Below, in pieces: positions 23,701-38,700 of a DNA stretch of 64,000 nt; position 1 is the first letter of the stretch; every line of letters begins with the position of its first letter. Source of the DNA: Raillietiella orientalis (Eukaryota); the NCBI GenBank assembly GCA_036172245.1, contig JAYWIR010000004.1:5828001-5892000 (forward strand), in the 5' to 3' direction. The translations under genes and the position numbers were made by a program. The notes beneath the pieces were generated by a model. The model was not told the DNA's origin. It did no database searches and was given only the letters and a program-made list of their open reading frames with translations.

Positions 23701-26700
23701 GAACCCCTGGAATTCTCCCAGAGTTTCTAATGCTTGAATGTCATGCCAGGATTTCTCCGTCAACCATTCCGGCTCCGGATTAGGGGACGATGCCTGCATC
23801 ATCAGCAGTCGAAGATGAACGGAATTCCACATCACTGACCGTGTCAAGGTTTCCCTCAGCCAGCAAAAACTGGAAATTTTTGAAGTTGACGGATCCTTCA
23901 TCCAGGAGAATATGGATGCAAATAAGAACAGAAAAAAGTAATTTGTGCTTCTCAAACAGACTGCGGGAAACATTTCTATAAAAATTGAAGGTGAAAGTGT
24001 CGTTTATGGCACGGATCCTGTGTTCTAGATCGTCTACCAAACAAAGGAATAAACCCCATCAGCCATCCGTCGGTATACCTGATTTTTCTGCAGATTTCAT
24101 GCTGTCCCAGAAGATCTTTCGGAACCATTCCAAGGAAAACTGATACATGTAATCGATATGAGATATATCCGCAGCACAAAAAAATAAGATCTGTGCTCGC
24201 AAGGCCACCTGCGTGTACTTACATCGGGTCTCATCGATGTCCTTCTCGGTCAGTTCTGCGGTGGCAACTTGCTCCTAAGCAGAAAGACTTTGATCAACGC
24301 GGAGAAATTTTCGTATCGGGAGCAGTGACTCCTGATGTGAGTACTGAGCGTTCAGGTGAATGGAAAAACGCTTTTGATGTGTTCGAAACCGTTATTAGCG
24401 AAAACGGCAGCAGATCGAGCACGACGTTCTTGAAAGCAGGGAGTCGAAGAAACCTCGATGAATCTTACTTTTCTCAGCGATTCCTGACAACTGTTGACTG
24501 AGACATAAGCCGGTTTATATTGCATCGTGATGATCATGTAGTAAAAAAATTGCTGCCGGCGTTTAAGGAAACGTGTACACTTTGGAAAATTTTCTAATAG
24601 CATCTCTTTTCGCGATAGACAAAGAAATAAAGAATAAAAAAAAAGAAGGAAGGCCTTCATTGAGGGATCTTTTCGAATGAAGTCACCTTTATCTGGACGA
24701 AAGTGCTTTTTGATTCTTGCAAAGTATGAATCAGTTCGAAATCATCTATTGGGTAAGTGGAGATATTCAGCTGCTCCAGAATTTTGTCTTCAATATCCCT
24801 TAGTTGTTGTTTCATCTGAGAAACGTTCATTATCAAGGAGTTTTTGGCTTCTTCCAAATCTGGTCTTTCCATAGCAACTACGATGCTCAGAAGCTGATCT
24901 CTCAATCCACTGGAAAGTTTCGTTTGTATTCACGAAAGGAGAATTCTAGGAATGGGGACGTTACCTCTTGCTAATTGTGAAATTTATCAAGGAAACTTGT
25001 ATGCTCAGTTCTGGAGTGTAATTGGGATTGGGCAGCTTTGTAGTTATGTAAAATCTGAAATTATCGTTGTATGGAATTTGACTGTCTCCCAGTTTCATGG
25101 TGGTAAATTCTCCGCTTTTAAAGGTTTGTTTGAGAAGCACTGGTGTCAGGGACCCATCTAATTCTTCCCCCACGTTTTCTAGCAGGCAAGGTTTTCCGAA
25201 ACGGATGCAGACTTCTAAAGAACGCATGTAATACTTGTCGGACATCTTTATGATTTCAATCCTATTGGAGGATTCCTACAGATTTATATTGAACACCGGC
25301 GCGTCAAAAGTTTTCTCTGTGAAAGTACTTCTCTGACCATCTTTTTAATCCATCTGTTGGCTTGGCTTTGAGGATCAATGAACAAGGGCCATCGCTTGGA
25401 TAACTGAGAAATTATGGCATTTTCCAAAGAGTAGTTGTCATTGGGTAGACCAGCTATCTGCCAGGAGCGAATCAGAACATTATCTCCAAATGTACTGATA
25501 AGAGAAGGAATTCCAAAATAAGGTATTTGCTTTCTTTCGATGCTTTGAAACCAAGACTGCAACAGCTCTTGCCGGTATTCTGAATTAAATGGACCCAGAT
25601 AAGCGATGGTTGCTGAAAAAATAATTACAACTTAATTTAAACAGCTGCTTGATAGAGATGGTTGGCGACACTGAATAAGAGTTTTTTTTTCTGTAATAAT
25701 CTTATATTTAGGAAAACGCTGACATTATGTTATTGAAGTGACAAACGAGTTGCATTCAGTGTTACTTTATTTATAATTCTTGTATTCACGCAAAAGCGAA
25801 CTTTGACGACCACGGACTTTGATCTTAAACGCGCGCAGGATGATGACCAAACTGGTATTTCACACAACATGGGAGATAGCGCAAGAACTTTCGCTTTAGT
25901 TTGTTCGTGCTCCACTTGAAAAACGTAAACTTCAGAATGAACCGAAACGGTGCACCAATCACGAAATAAAAAGGGGGGTAGCGATCATTATCTTTCTCTC
26001 TTTTAACTTTGGACAGTTTATCCACCAGAAAAATTCCCAGCATCGTTTTATCTCCCCTAATTGAAGTTTCTGAAAACCGTAATCAGTGACTAGTATGAGG
26101 TGAAACGAAAAGATACCGGCAAAGAATCCCAAGTTTGAAAACGAGAGATGCAGCGGAATGAAACTCAGCCTCCAGCTTTTTTGAGACTGAGACGGCAGCG
26201 CTGAAGTCAACCGACGGGACTGAGACCACGTCATGCTTGGAGATCAACACCTTCAACATGTAGACACAAAATAAGGGGCTTTGTACTGTCCTGTTTTAAA
26301 ATCAGCGAAAAAAGTGTTGCAACACGGATTTGTATAGCGATTCGTTCTCGATAGAAGTTTGAGAAAACTGCTCTTCGGTAAGAAAACGTGCTTTGCAACT
26401 CTGTGACGCTGTTAGAACCATCTGGAATATATATATATATATATATATATGAAAACCAATAAAGTCAGAGGAAAAACGAATACAGGAAGAAGAGAAAAAT
26501 GCTTGTTGGAAGATATGTTGAACTAAAATGGTCCAAAACACTCTGCATCGAGCGAAGGAATTTGAATACTAATAGAAAGGGCAACTTAATACACACTTCG
26601 TTGTTCGTCGGATCAAACAGGAAAAATCCTTTGGTGTCAATGTAAAGAGTACACGAACTTGGCGAATCTCTTTGTACAAATCGACTACAATCCACACACA

Positions 26701-29700
26701 ACTGAATCACTCCCCATCATTTTCGAGGTATTCGGAACACTCCAATGCGATGACTCCCATTCGCACCCTATTTCTTCATTAGTGCATACTCTGCAAGCAA
26801 CCAATATTTAAAGCTGTCGAAGAGAATGCTTCGAATTAAATGGAATACGAAAACGATTTCAGTTTTCATTTTTTCCCTGTTCCAACCGCGTTATTGGTGC
26901 TGATATTTTTATAACGGCACAGCTCCATTGACTGTGAAATAAAAGAAAACACACATTCGCCCATTTTGCATTCACGCTAGGCAGATTTTATAGGGATGGA
27001 GTTTCCGTCCCTATTAATCGTTTGCGCTGAAACAAACAACAAAAGACTTCTGCGATATTGGTGTTTCAAAAATATCTGAACTTTTGGAATTGGTTCCCCT
27101 CGCCAATGTCAGCTAGCAGCATTGTCCCTGCTCCAGTGGGATATGGGAAACATTTTCGCAACCATTTTCAACGGAGTAGAGAATTCATGGGGCAAAAAAT
27201 TCATTTTCAACGGATCTAAGTTTTCATTTCAGCATTTTTTTTTTCTTTCCATGTCTCCTAGCTTTGAATCATTATGAGCTTCTCCCCTTCTCCTTTTAAG
27301 GATGTCTTGAATGGGAAATGCGACAAAGGCAAAAATCCAAGACTACTGGGCACCTTCCATCCTGATGTTATGTATTGCATGTTTGCTGTGTTTCAGAATG
27401 CAAAAGAATCACTAAAGATGTTGGATTATTCATCCAATAATTAGGAGAACACGGAACAGGATACAGGAACAAAGAGTCCTAACATTTTGAAGACCTCTCA
27501 AATAAAATTCCATTTCGTCTGGACGGACACAAAATTCTTCTAATTTGTGACTCTCTGGTTCCTTAATCTTCCGATTAGCGAAAATCAATCGATTCGATTC
27601 GATCGGATCATCCTGCTTGATTTGGCTCACTCCTCGCAGACTGAAACGTACATTAAAATTAAGTGAGATTCAACTTTATTTGTAACTTTCTCATTTTGGA
27701 ATTCATCTCTGTGCTTGCAGATGAAGTTTATTGGGATCGAGAAAACAGCCGTTCTGTTATTCTGATTCGGTCGAGTATTTTAAACCCGTACATTGGTTTG
27801 ATCTTGAGAATGTTTCAATAACACAGATCCTTGAAAATAGGCAAGATGTTACTAGAAGCAACGGATTCGTTTGATGCATCCAACATTTCCCATTCCATAG
27901 TTTTCATCGAGATGCTCAGCTTCGAAAAAGCATTTCAACGAGGATGCCATGCCCCCTAAAGAGATTTTCGTGGGACTAAAACTAAAAACGGCACCTTTCC
28001 ATAACTAGGAAATCAATGGTTTTTCGTTCTTCAAATTTTAAATAATTTTGGAGAAGAGATTAGCCAATCTAGCTCAAGTAATAAAAATTTCAATTTCACA
28101 ACGGATCTAAATAAATTATCCTTTGGTTACTCTTCAGTCTATGATTACCATAATTAGAAATGCTTTCAAGATAATGATCCTTTATGCTCATAGATTCTCC
28201 ATTCACCATTTGAGAATATCCAGAGGACACTTCGAAAAGCGACCTCCTGTTTTCACTCAGTGAAGATGGCAATCATGGGTGTTTCCAGGGAAAACAAGCA
28301 TCTATTGTGAAACGAAGCAATTATGTTTGGTTATGTTTCCGAATCCTGGAAATACTATAAACAATATGTTATGTTCATCAGATCGTTCATCCAAAATGGC
28401 ATCGTTTCATCAAAAGTAAACTATGTCTCGACAAGAGCGCAGGAGAACGCGCGTACAGATGAGTTGGTCTGTAGAGGCAGTATCTGTTCGATCTGCATGG
28501 CTATACTCGGAATGGTGTTTCCAATCTTGAAAAAGAATCGTAAATTACAATCACAGTTTTATGAATTGCTGCATTGAAGCTATGATCAACATCTTCATGA
28601 TATGGGATCACTGGAGGTATTCTAGCGAAAAATAAAGGGCTCAAATCCCCCATTTTGCGTATTTGGAAATGCGTGTTTAAGAGGATTGTTTCCTCCTACA
28701 TGATTCATTAGAAGAAGAATCTTCTGAACCATGAACCCTGTTCTGTTGAGTAAATTTTCGTGTTGTTCACAAATAATTTCGTGTAAATCCCTTTTGAGTA
28801 TATAAGAAGTTTCTATTCTGTTTTCGTGGACTGTATCGAGTGCGTTCCCTACTACGTTTTTTTTATGACCATCGCTTTCCCTCCCTTTCCTTTCGAGGTT
28901 CTCGCTCAGTCTTATTCTATAAGTTTTGAGAGCTCTTAATGATTGTTCTGCATTTCAAGAACTCTTGCAATCTGAAAACAGAACTTTTCATGAATGATCC
29001 GATCTTTAATCTCGAAATTCGAGCACATTTGAGAAGCTTTCGATTTAGTAGGGTGATTCGCTCAGTGTTCGCCCATTTCGAAAACGAATGTTCTCAATCG
29101 GTTTCACTTTGACCATCCATCTTTGCAAAGGATGTTTTCTCTGAACTGCAATTCATCTGTCCGTTTCGGTATGAAAAGCTCAAGGGAAGATATCCCGCCA
29201 TTGACCACACAAAATAACTGGATTCGCTCATCTGTAATTTATGTGATTATGGTATCCCAAATGTTTGAACGATGTGAGACGCAATCGAATTCTCAGGAAA
29301 ACTGAAATGCAACGAGGGTTTCCTACTTTGCGATTCGAACGCATGTATCTTCGAAATGTTCGAAGTGCTCGAATCTGCCCACCTCGGTGCCACTCTGGAC
29401 GCGAGTGTGCGTGCGTATGTGTTTTCGATTTCTTTCTTTCTCTCTGCGAAGTAATTTTTCCTTTATTTTTCTACAAGTGTTTGCACACTCATTGCAAACC
29501 CCTTCCAAAGCAGCCATTCATCGCCAGCAATGACACGAGCGTGTTCTGCATCCGTTTGTCTCGAAATCGCATAAAAAGCGAAGGCTACGAAGTCATGCAG
29601 TTCACATATTTTGTGATTGCTTGCTTCTTCACATCGCAAGTCCTCCGCATTCACGGATCAAAACAAGCTTATTTACTACCAATGATACAAAGCGAAGGGA

Positions 29701-32700
29701 CAGAGCTAATCACACAACACAAAATATTTCCGAATCACGAGAACTTGTGCAATTCATTGAGATAATGGCTAGCGCCATCAGCGCATCTTTTGTGCCGTTG
29801 ATGCAGTAAGGAGTGAGTATATGCGCAGACCGAGAACAAGGCTTTTCAATAATTTTGTAAGCTGCTGTTCACAAGCAAAACCATCGACTTGTTAATGGTA
29901 AGCAAACAGCAACAGTCACTGACCGGAGGAAATTAGAACGTTCCCAGTTATCGATCCTAGAAAAACTTTCATCTCCTTAATTTCCTCCGTCCACCTGATC
30001 TTTTCATCAGCCAGACCATTAATCAGCTTATCGGCACGCAATAATCTTTCCTTGCACAGTTGGCATTTATTTTCCAAATCCTGCTTTCTTGATTCACAGG
30101 CCCTTAGTTCTTCCTGAAGCCGGACAATCTTGTCTTCTACCTGTGCAAAACAAAGAACCCGATGAAAACGTTAAAGCATGCTGCTACTAAATTCGCACCG
30201 AGTCACAATTGCATATTCTGCTGTTTACGGTACGAATTTGAGTTTGCACATCGTTACTTGGGAATTCCAAATGAAAACAAATGAATCCCTCCGGAAGGAG
30301 CCACCCTTTTTCATTTCGAGCTACTTGAGCCCTCGTTTGTTGAATTGTGCGTGATCATCAATTTAAGATACCAGTTACTTTCAAATCAAAATGAACTTGT
30401 TATTCAAAGAACTCGTGTGGTTCTACCCTGCAGTGGAATTCGCTTTTGCTGACAAGTTTTAAATTCATATTCAAGCACAAGACGGAATGAACAGCACAGC
30501 TCATCGTAACTCAACATTTTGTACCCCATCTCATGGATTGATAATTATTCGAGAATACCAAAAAACTATTATTCCAGCTTCTGAATCTGGGTACATAACT
30601 GAAAGCAGACTAATTTTTGGAGCAAAGAAAAGTTGAGGTGACCACTGATAACCACAATAGACCGATCTGCAATATATCCTGAGTTGGGGTTCTTCAACTT
30701 AAAGTTTTGGGGCGAATAGAATGCCGACACGAGAACTTCCGTTTCGTTTTCGCCAAACCAATCCGACGATGCATTTGTGGAAAAAAAAAAAAAAAAAAAA
30801 ATGCTCTGTAAGGGAATTCTTTCTTTGCAAGCGTCGTTCGAAAATAATGCGGAGCCGCCTGTTTGCAAGTATCTCGATGCCTATCGCATGTTTACGAAAA
30901 CAGCTCCAGATGTTTACTGGAGTTGCATCAGCCCTTTGCTCGAACGTGTTCAAGTAGAATACTCAAGTCGAAATCAGGTTACCCATTTACCTCGTGCAGT
31001 CTGTTGCGAGCTTCCTTCAGGAGATCTTCGGTTTCTTTCAGGTTTTCTTTGGCTTTTGCAAGGGCAAGTTTCTTGGGGAACACTATTTTGGCAACAAAGT
31101 GGTATTTGTACATCGCTCTCACCCACATGCACAGAGACATGCACGCTTTGGAAGACTGAAAAATGTTCCATCATGTTAGTGAACCGGACTTTCAGCAACT
31201 TTTATCCCGATAGTAGTGCACAGTATAAAGGAGGTAAACTAAAAAGGACCGCTTCCGAACAGTATCTGCGTACCTTGGCAATGATCTGAGGCAAAAAGAA
31301 TTCTGAATTGATGAAAGGTTCAATTTTTGAAATTATTTCCTCGGGAATATTGTCTTTGTCGTAATGGTACAAAGATTCCAGAAATCTTGGATCACTTATC
31401 AAGCTGCGACCAGGATCCCAATAATCCTCGAGCTTTTGTCCAGGTTTATCTCCTGCTATCTACATGGATACAATAGATACATGGAGTCAAAGGAGTTTCG
31501 AGACCTTTTTCGGCTGAACTCCCTTCATGATGCAGATTGCTTCCATTACCATTCTCACGCCTTCTGGTGGTCGTTGCATTGCTTTCACCTCAACAATATC
31601 ATTTTTATTCAACGACTGCAGTGCTGCGAGAGCCTCTTCCAGTAAGGGTAAAGCTTTATCTGTTTTGAACATGGAGAGGGGAAAAAGCAGGATCTGAAGA
31701 AAAAAAATTAAACTCCCCAGATTACCTAGATTCCTTTTGGCATCTTTGGCGATCTCTTCGCAGAACTTGTTTTGCTTAACTGCTTCCTCTTCGTCTTTAG
31801 CTAGTTTTTCCCTCATTTCGTTTTGTACTACCTGGAGAGAAGTGTGAGATCAAATCTTGCAGACAGTAGTCTGTTTACTGTTTCTCCTTCCAGCCTTTGA
31901 AGCATACTTTCTGTTTCTAGCGATGCTTGTTGTAGATCAGGTTGCATAAGCTCAAGTTCTTTCTGAGTACGAGCCACATCATTGGTAGCGGAAAAAATTT
32001 TCTCTAAACCTAAACACATGAAGGTCTGATCACATGTCCTTTGATAGCACTTCCACATTTTCAATGCACCCATGAGACATGAAGTACTTCGCTATCTGAA
32101 CCCAATTTGTCAGTCCAAGTCATAAAATCGTGTAGGCAGGAACAAGAGCTTAGATGCAACTGTGTAATAATGTGAAATATAGTAAAACTTAATGAAAATA
32201 TAATGTGTGAATAACGAATGGCTAAATACGAAAGCCTTAAGAATGTGGAAAAATCCTCTTAAGACTTCAAATGTCAATAGGCAAAGAAAAAAAAAATTCA
32301 AATGCATTGATCATTTGTGGTCTTCTATATCAGAGATTATTCACATAGAGTATCGAAACTTCACTCAATCTCCAATTTTGCATGCGTATTCATTCGTATT
32401 GATAGGCACTGTGTAAAGCTGGGGAACTTTCAGAAAGCATGCGCTGCTGCTAACTAGCGTTCAGCTAACATGAGTTCAGTCTTTAAGATCAGTTAACAGT
32501 TGCACAGGCCTCAAAAATACAATAGCTGAGCTCGGTCGTGGCAATAGTAGATATCATATTCCAGTCAGTGTAGCATATGTCTGTGTGCAAATCTTTCGAG
32601 TGCAGGAGATACTCTTGAAATGCATGAAGGATAAACACGTTCAAAGTTTCCATATGAGCAGCTGCATCCGGATTAAAAGCTAAACAAGTTTCACGGAGTA

Positions 32701-35700
32701 CAGTAGACATGGTTGAGGAAAAGGCCGTTAAAAGGCTTGTAAACAAGTTTTCAGACTCGATTCATAAGAGGAAAAGTTATTTGAAATGATCTTAATACAG
32801 GAGAGTAGCAAACGACGAGCAATCAAACAAAGCTGCAAGTTTCGAGGCTGTGCTGCTGCTACTGCGATGGAAAGCAGTTTTGTGTCAGACTGCATGAGTC
32901 TGCTCGTTTTATGCAGGATCTTCCTCCAAGAGCACCCACCATATTTTCATAAGCATTTCATGAAATCGTTTCCTATCCATTCGCTTATTTCGGTGAGAAC
33001 AGTGTGTTTAGGGGAACTAAGGAGTTTAAGAAAGGAAAGTGGGATAAAATAGAAATTAATGACGTGGGCAATGCTGCCCTAGCGGTTACAGCCAATTCAT
33101 ACTAGTGCTTTGCAAATAACAGTCTTTACTATAGAATCCTCAAATGAGGAGTTCAGTTTACAGGATATGCGTGAGCACATTTTCGAGCTTATTAAATCAG
33201 AAACAATGTGCGACCACTGTTGCATCTCCTCTATGTAATGAATAGGAAGGAATGAAGAGATACCAATGTAATGGAAAGTACTAGTTCCATTGGTGATCAA
33301 GTTTGATGCTTTACAGCAGTCAGTTTTTTTTTCTTTTTTTCTTTTTTTTTCAAGCATACTTGCTTTATTTTAAAAGACATTAAGGATTAAAAGCTATTTA
33401 AGGCTCAACATGAAAGACTATGGTGAAGAATTAAAGACTGAGATGTGAAAAACTTTACAATAAGCAATTTCTAACGAAAAGCATCTCTGGATTCAGTCTT
33501 CTAATAAATTGCCATTTTTAATCGCCGTTCCTAAACGGCGATTAAAACGGCCGTAAGATTCATGCAAGCAGCTTTGTTTTTCGGAGATTTCGGGATGTTT
33601 ATTTTCGTAAGATTCGTTTAATGTTATTGGCGTTTACCTGTCTGTATGCGAGTGATTCCTAATTCAGTCTTGACTTTCTTAGAAAGAAGCAAAGTAGTGA
33701 AACAATCCAACAGTAGAAGATAGTTAGTGGGAGTAACATAGCAGTGACGGGACAACTCCTAGAGGCGATTATTGAAGGGAAAAAGGAAAAGCTTTACCTT
33801 CGAAAACTGCTCGCTTGCTCGATGAACGGATGAATGTATTTCAGGACACACATTAACCACGCTCTGCAGCAGATCATTTTTCAACTCAACATTGCTCTTC
33901 AGGATATGCTCGCCAACAGACTGGAAGCTCAATTTTATGAAATATTATAAATGAGGATTGCGCACATGAAGGGCTTCTTCGGGCCAAGCGAAAAACCAAT
34001 TGATACTGCAGCAGTTGACTAGAGCCGGAAACTGCCTGATGTAAAAACGAAAAGCTTCTCCAACGGGACTGAGTATGAGAAGGGAAAAAATCACTTGGAA
34101 TCATGGATAAGATCGAGAAACAATGTCCCTGATGTGAGCACAAGACAAAGAATACATACCTCATGGCAATGACCGTATGCAAATTACATTTGATTCTTTT
34201 CGTGTAAAAGGAAAACAAATTTGCTTTCGTTATCTGGAGGCCTGCTTGTGAAACAAGAAACTTCATGGATTCAAAGATTCTCTCAAATTCTTCAGCCCCA
34301 TACAGATTAGGAACATCTCCTGAGTTGAGTATATTATTTATATCTTCTAAGAATAATCTTGCTTTTATCTAAAGAAAGACAACGATAACAGCAAAATATT
34401 CCAGCCATCGATTTATTCACTGGCTGAACTTTGTAATCTCAGTCAACTTATTCTTCATACCTGAGTGTCAGAAAATAAGAACATTATCCCACTTCCATCT
34501 ATCCCGCTACTAGAGAGTAGAGTTTTTAGATTGTCTTTCCATTCGGCTAGTCCGTAACTTCTGGTTATCTTAATCTGAAAGCATGCTAAGCCACAGATGT
34601 GTGCACTCAGCTTCGCCAAAGAATGACGCCCTGTGGTATGCAATTTGATCCGTTAAACGTCAGAGTTTGTGCGAAACAGTAATTGATTTACCTGATCCTC
34701 CCATCCCTAAAAGCAGAGCGTTGCCCATGGGCTGTCGCAATATTCGAGCGATTCTACAGAGGTGTTGAGTAGCATATTCAAAAAGCACCAAATGCATGGG
34801 ATCGTCCTTATTCAGCTGATTGTATTCATCCAAGTATTCATAAAGCACGTTCCTCAACTACGATATGCGTGTCAGCAAAGTTCGCTAGCAATTGGTATTC
34901 AACCAATTCTTCTAGAACATTCGGCATTTGTGCCGAATGTTTGAGAAGTGTAGAGCGTAACTGAAAGTGCAACTCTGTAGGTTGGATTCACCTTTTTCAT
35001 GTCTTTGATTTGCATGTATTGGCGGCTTTTTACGTCAATATCCCTGTCCAGGAAGTCTCCATAGATTAAAGCATCGTTGCTGACCACGGAATCGAATGAT
35101 AATTCGAATTTTGTTCCTATGAGATTTTCCAGAACATTCTCAAACCATCTACGGTCGGTCTGCTCCGACAGTCGGTCTTGGAAAACACGACAGGATTCGT
35201 GATACCACAGTCTCACCAGTTCTGTCTTGGCCTGCAAACGGATCCGGTCTAGCACAGTGATAAAGGATTCTAGTCCGTAATTATTTAGGATTACGAAACA
35301 AATGCAAAAAGACCTCTGAGAGAGGTAATCTGCAATCTTTTTTCATTTTCTATCAAATTCTAATTCATATTCAGTTATTTATGGACTCAAGTATTCAAAT
35401 GTTAAAGACTTCGCACAGATTCTACGAAAATCGCGAAAGCGCATCGCCATTTTCGCTGCTACCATTAATCAAAAACAGGGATCTTGATGGGGGGAAGCGT
35501 GTAACATTTCATTATTGCAAAGCAAACAGTCTGACAAGAGAATGATGAATTTTTTCCCAATATCTGTAACGGGTCTGTGAGGAGTAAAGAAAAAGAAATA
35601 CTCCTCACATGGAGAGATTCACTTGGCATCATCAAAATTCCTTGGAACAGTTTGTTTAGATCTCTCAAGTTAAAAGTGTAGTGTGATTTGGCAGGGGTGG

Positions 35701-38700
35701 GCAAGAGGTTTTTCAAAACAATAGTGAACATCTGAATCGAGTTCTCAACAAACAGAGTCGCCAGCGGTTTCATCCTTTTGTTTATCCAGCTTCCCATTAT
35801 GGTGGAGAAAATTAGTTTCTGATAATCAGAGAAATATGTGGTTCCTAATATTAAAATTTATACCTTATTTTGATCATCAATTTCAGGAAAAGCTAAAAAC
35901 TGAAAATGTCTGAGGAGCCTATTTGAAATAGGATTTCGACCGCCTCCTGGAGGACCCATAGCAGCCAAAAAATTAACATCAACTATTTTCATGAATTCTC
36001 CCACCAGTTTGGCATCATACCATCCTGAAAATCGAAGTTGGTTTTTGGAGGGATTTGGGATCTGATGCAAACCTACCTCCGAAGTCCATCCACTGTCTTA
36101 ACAATTCAATGGGTGGTTGAGCACCATAGCGTTCCAGGGCAGCCATGTTCAGGTCATCAATGAAGAAAATCATTGCTTTACCAAGAGGAGGACCATAAAT
36201 CCCTTTCCTTCTTTTGTCGATCCTTGTGTCTATCACATTCTATGCACAAATGTATTAAATCGAAAAACATCATTGCAAAATTTGCACCATACCTGAACTT
36301 CCTTTGAAGAGGTGCTTGCAGAGAAATTAATTATTTCACACGAGTAATTTTTGGGAAGTTTTCTTTCCAAAATGTTCCGAATAGTGGCTGTTTTTCCGGA
36401 TCCAGTGGGACCGATGCACAACACCTGTTTATTTGCGAAGATAAGCATTTCTAGTAAATACGATCTCTTAATGACATCTTCAGTTGGAACCAACACATCT
36501 TTCAAAAAGAAACAAGGATTGCAGTTTAGAGGGCAAAGTGTGCAAAGTGCATTCACCAGAAATGCCTGCATTCGTAGACACAGCATACCGTGGCACATCG
36601 TCCATCCAATGAACCCAGGATGGATTTTCACATTGTGATTCATTTTCCCCGATTATACCATCATTTAGTCTTTTAAACTCAATTAGGCATTATTTTCATT
36701 ATTCACACTCTACCTGTAATCATATACAGAACCTTCTTCCGGGAATAGCATAGCTATTTGATTTTTCTTCATTTCTACTCGAAACCAAGTAGAAAATTTG
36801 TTTTGACTAGGAGTATCAATGGTTGCTCCAAAGCTCCAAACCATACTGAAAACCAACCACGATTCCAGTAGCAAACCTATAGAATTCAGTCTTGGGAAAA
36901 ATTCTCTTCAAGTGGATTACCTATTCTTCCTTGTTTCAATTCTCCTACAGATCTGACGGTAGTGGGAATGTAGGATGAGTAGCATGCTTCCAAATTTCTC
37001 AAGAAACTGAATATGATGTTCAGATCTATCGTCGGAACAATTTCCTTGCAGTTCTCCCTTACAAACTGAAGTACTGGTTCTAAGAATCTCCCAAATAGGA
37101 GTCTAATTTTCTCTTCGTATGTTTTTAGAAGCTGAAGTTGCTGGATTACCTTTCTCGTAGGTTTTCAGTTTTTACCTCTGGTAAAGTATTCAGCCAGCAA
37201 TTGAGGACAGGTTGGACTCCTATAATTTTCGATTCCATGTACACCATTCCACAGCGTGACACGGTTGCAGGAGAAGCATAACTCAGATCTTCTACCTCGA
37301 ATATCATGATTTGGTTGTCTGTTAGCTTGATGATTTCTCCGCTGCTCAAACATAGTTTCTTGTTATCATCAAGTACTGAATTCATGTTCTCGATCCACTC
37401 GGCGTCCACAGGTCCATCAAACACGTACCATCTTTTATCTTCATTTAAAGCCATTGACCCTTTTCTTATCATGGAGCTTATAATACCATCGGTCCTGATC
37501 GATTTCGTGTACTACAGCTGATATTTACAGATCTTACCATTCATGAGTGACCAAATCAAACTCTCCATAGAGTTGTCCTAGAGTGATGGACTTTGGATTC
37601 ACTGTCAATGTATGGACGGTTTGAAAAGTGTGACCACTCGAAGAAATTCTGCCTTTCATCTGGGACAGGGCCTTGCTGAGGGTCTGATAACACTATTCAT
37701 CGGAAGGATAAAACAGCAATCGTTCCAGGAGAATTTTATTTGCATAGTATTACTTTCGTTTTCCCCGATCCAGCGGGCCCAATTAACATGAGGCCATGTC
37801 TCACGATTGTAGTTTCGTATAACTGCAGACATTTATTTACGAAAGCTGGAATACAGAGTTGCGATTTATTCTGTGAGGGTTTGGAACAAAATGCAGAGAT
37901 TGAAGCTATAGGTTTCTTCAACTGGATTCTTATCCCCGTTTTCGCACTTCATTCCACAACATTCCTCTTTTTTTTTTTTTTTTTGAACATGCTCTTGTGT
38001 CCATGAATATTAATGAAAATTGAGTTTAATATTAGAAAACGTTAATTGATAGTATATCTTGAACTCTATTACATTTCACACAATAACTCAATCATTAAAA
38101 AGTAAAGTAGCACACAGTTTAGCTTTCCAGGACTGCAGCTTTATGCTTATGAGGTTACATTCACTTTCTTAACGACTTCTTTTATGATCCTGTGACCTTG
38201 GTTTTGCGTGGAAATAAGTCAGAAAATTACAGTATATGGTATGATAGGCACATGTTTGAACTATGAATTACGAACCACTAATTCAAGTAGCTGGTAGAGG
38301 ATTATAATGGTAACAGTAATGACCTTTGGTAATGTTCAATGAATTCCTAGCCCCTAATCACGCACAGACTAAATGGGAAAAAAAGAACGGAAAGCTAGAT
38401 AGAAAGTCGGCTGAGAATGAACAGGAATGAGAAAAACTAGCATGTGGGAAAAGAGATCAAAGGATACATAGGAAAGGAAGTGAACGAAAAGTGAAAAAAA
38501 TTATTTGTAACGAAACGCAGTTGGCAGATAATAATCAATACATGGGATGTTTCATTTGTATTTTAGAATTTTAGAAAACTAAGCTGAAAAGATATAAATT
38601 TCCTCAATGAGAGAGAATCGATATTAACAAACTGTTGAAATAAATGCTTCGCTCTCATGAATTCTGAGTAAAGTGCTCGCAAAGTCGCAATCAGTGATGC

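Noticed and set aside
27484..27640. Open, AG/GT-bounded minus-strand block inside a dynein intron (possible alternative exon)
   Set aside because: 157 nt, phase-incompatible with the host intron and no dynein similarity.
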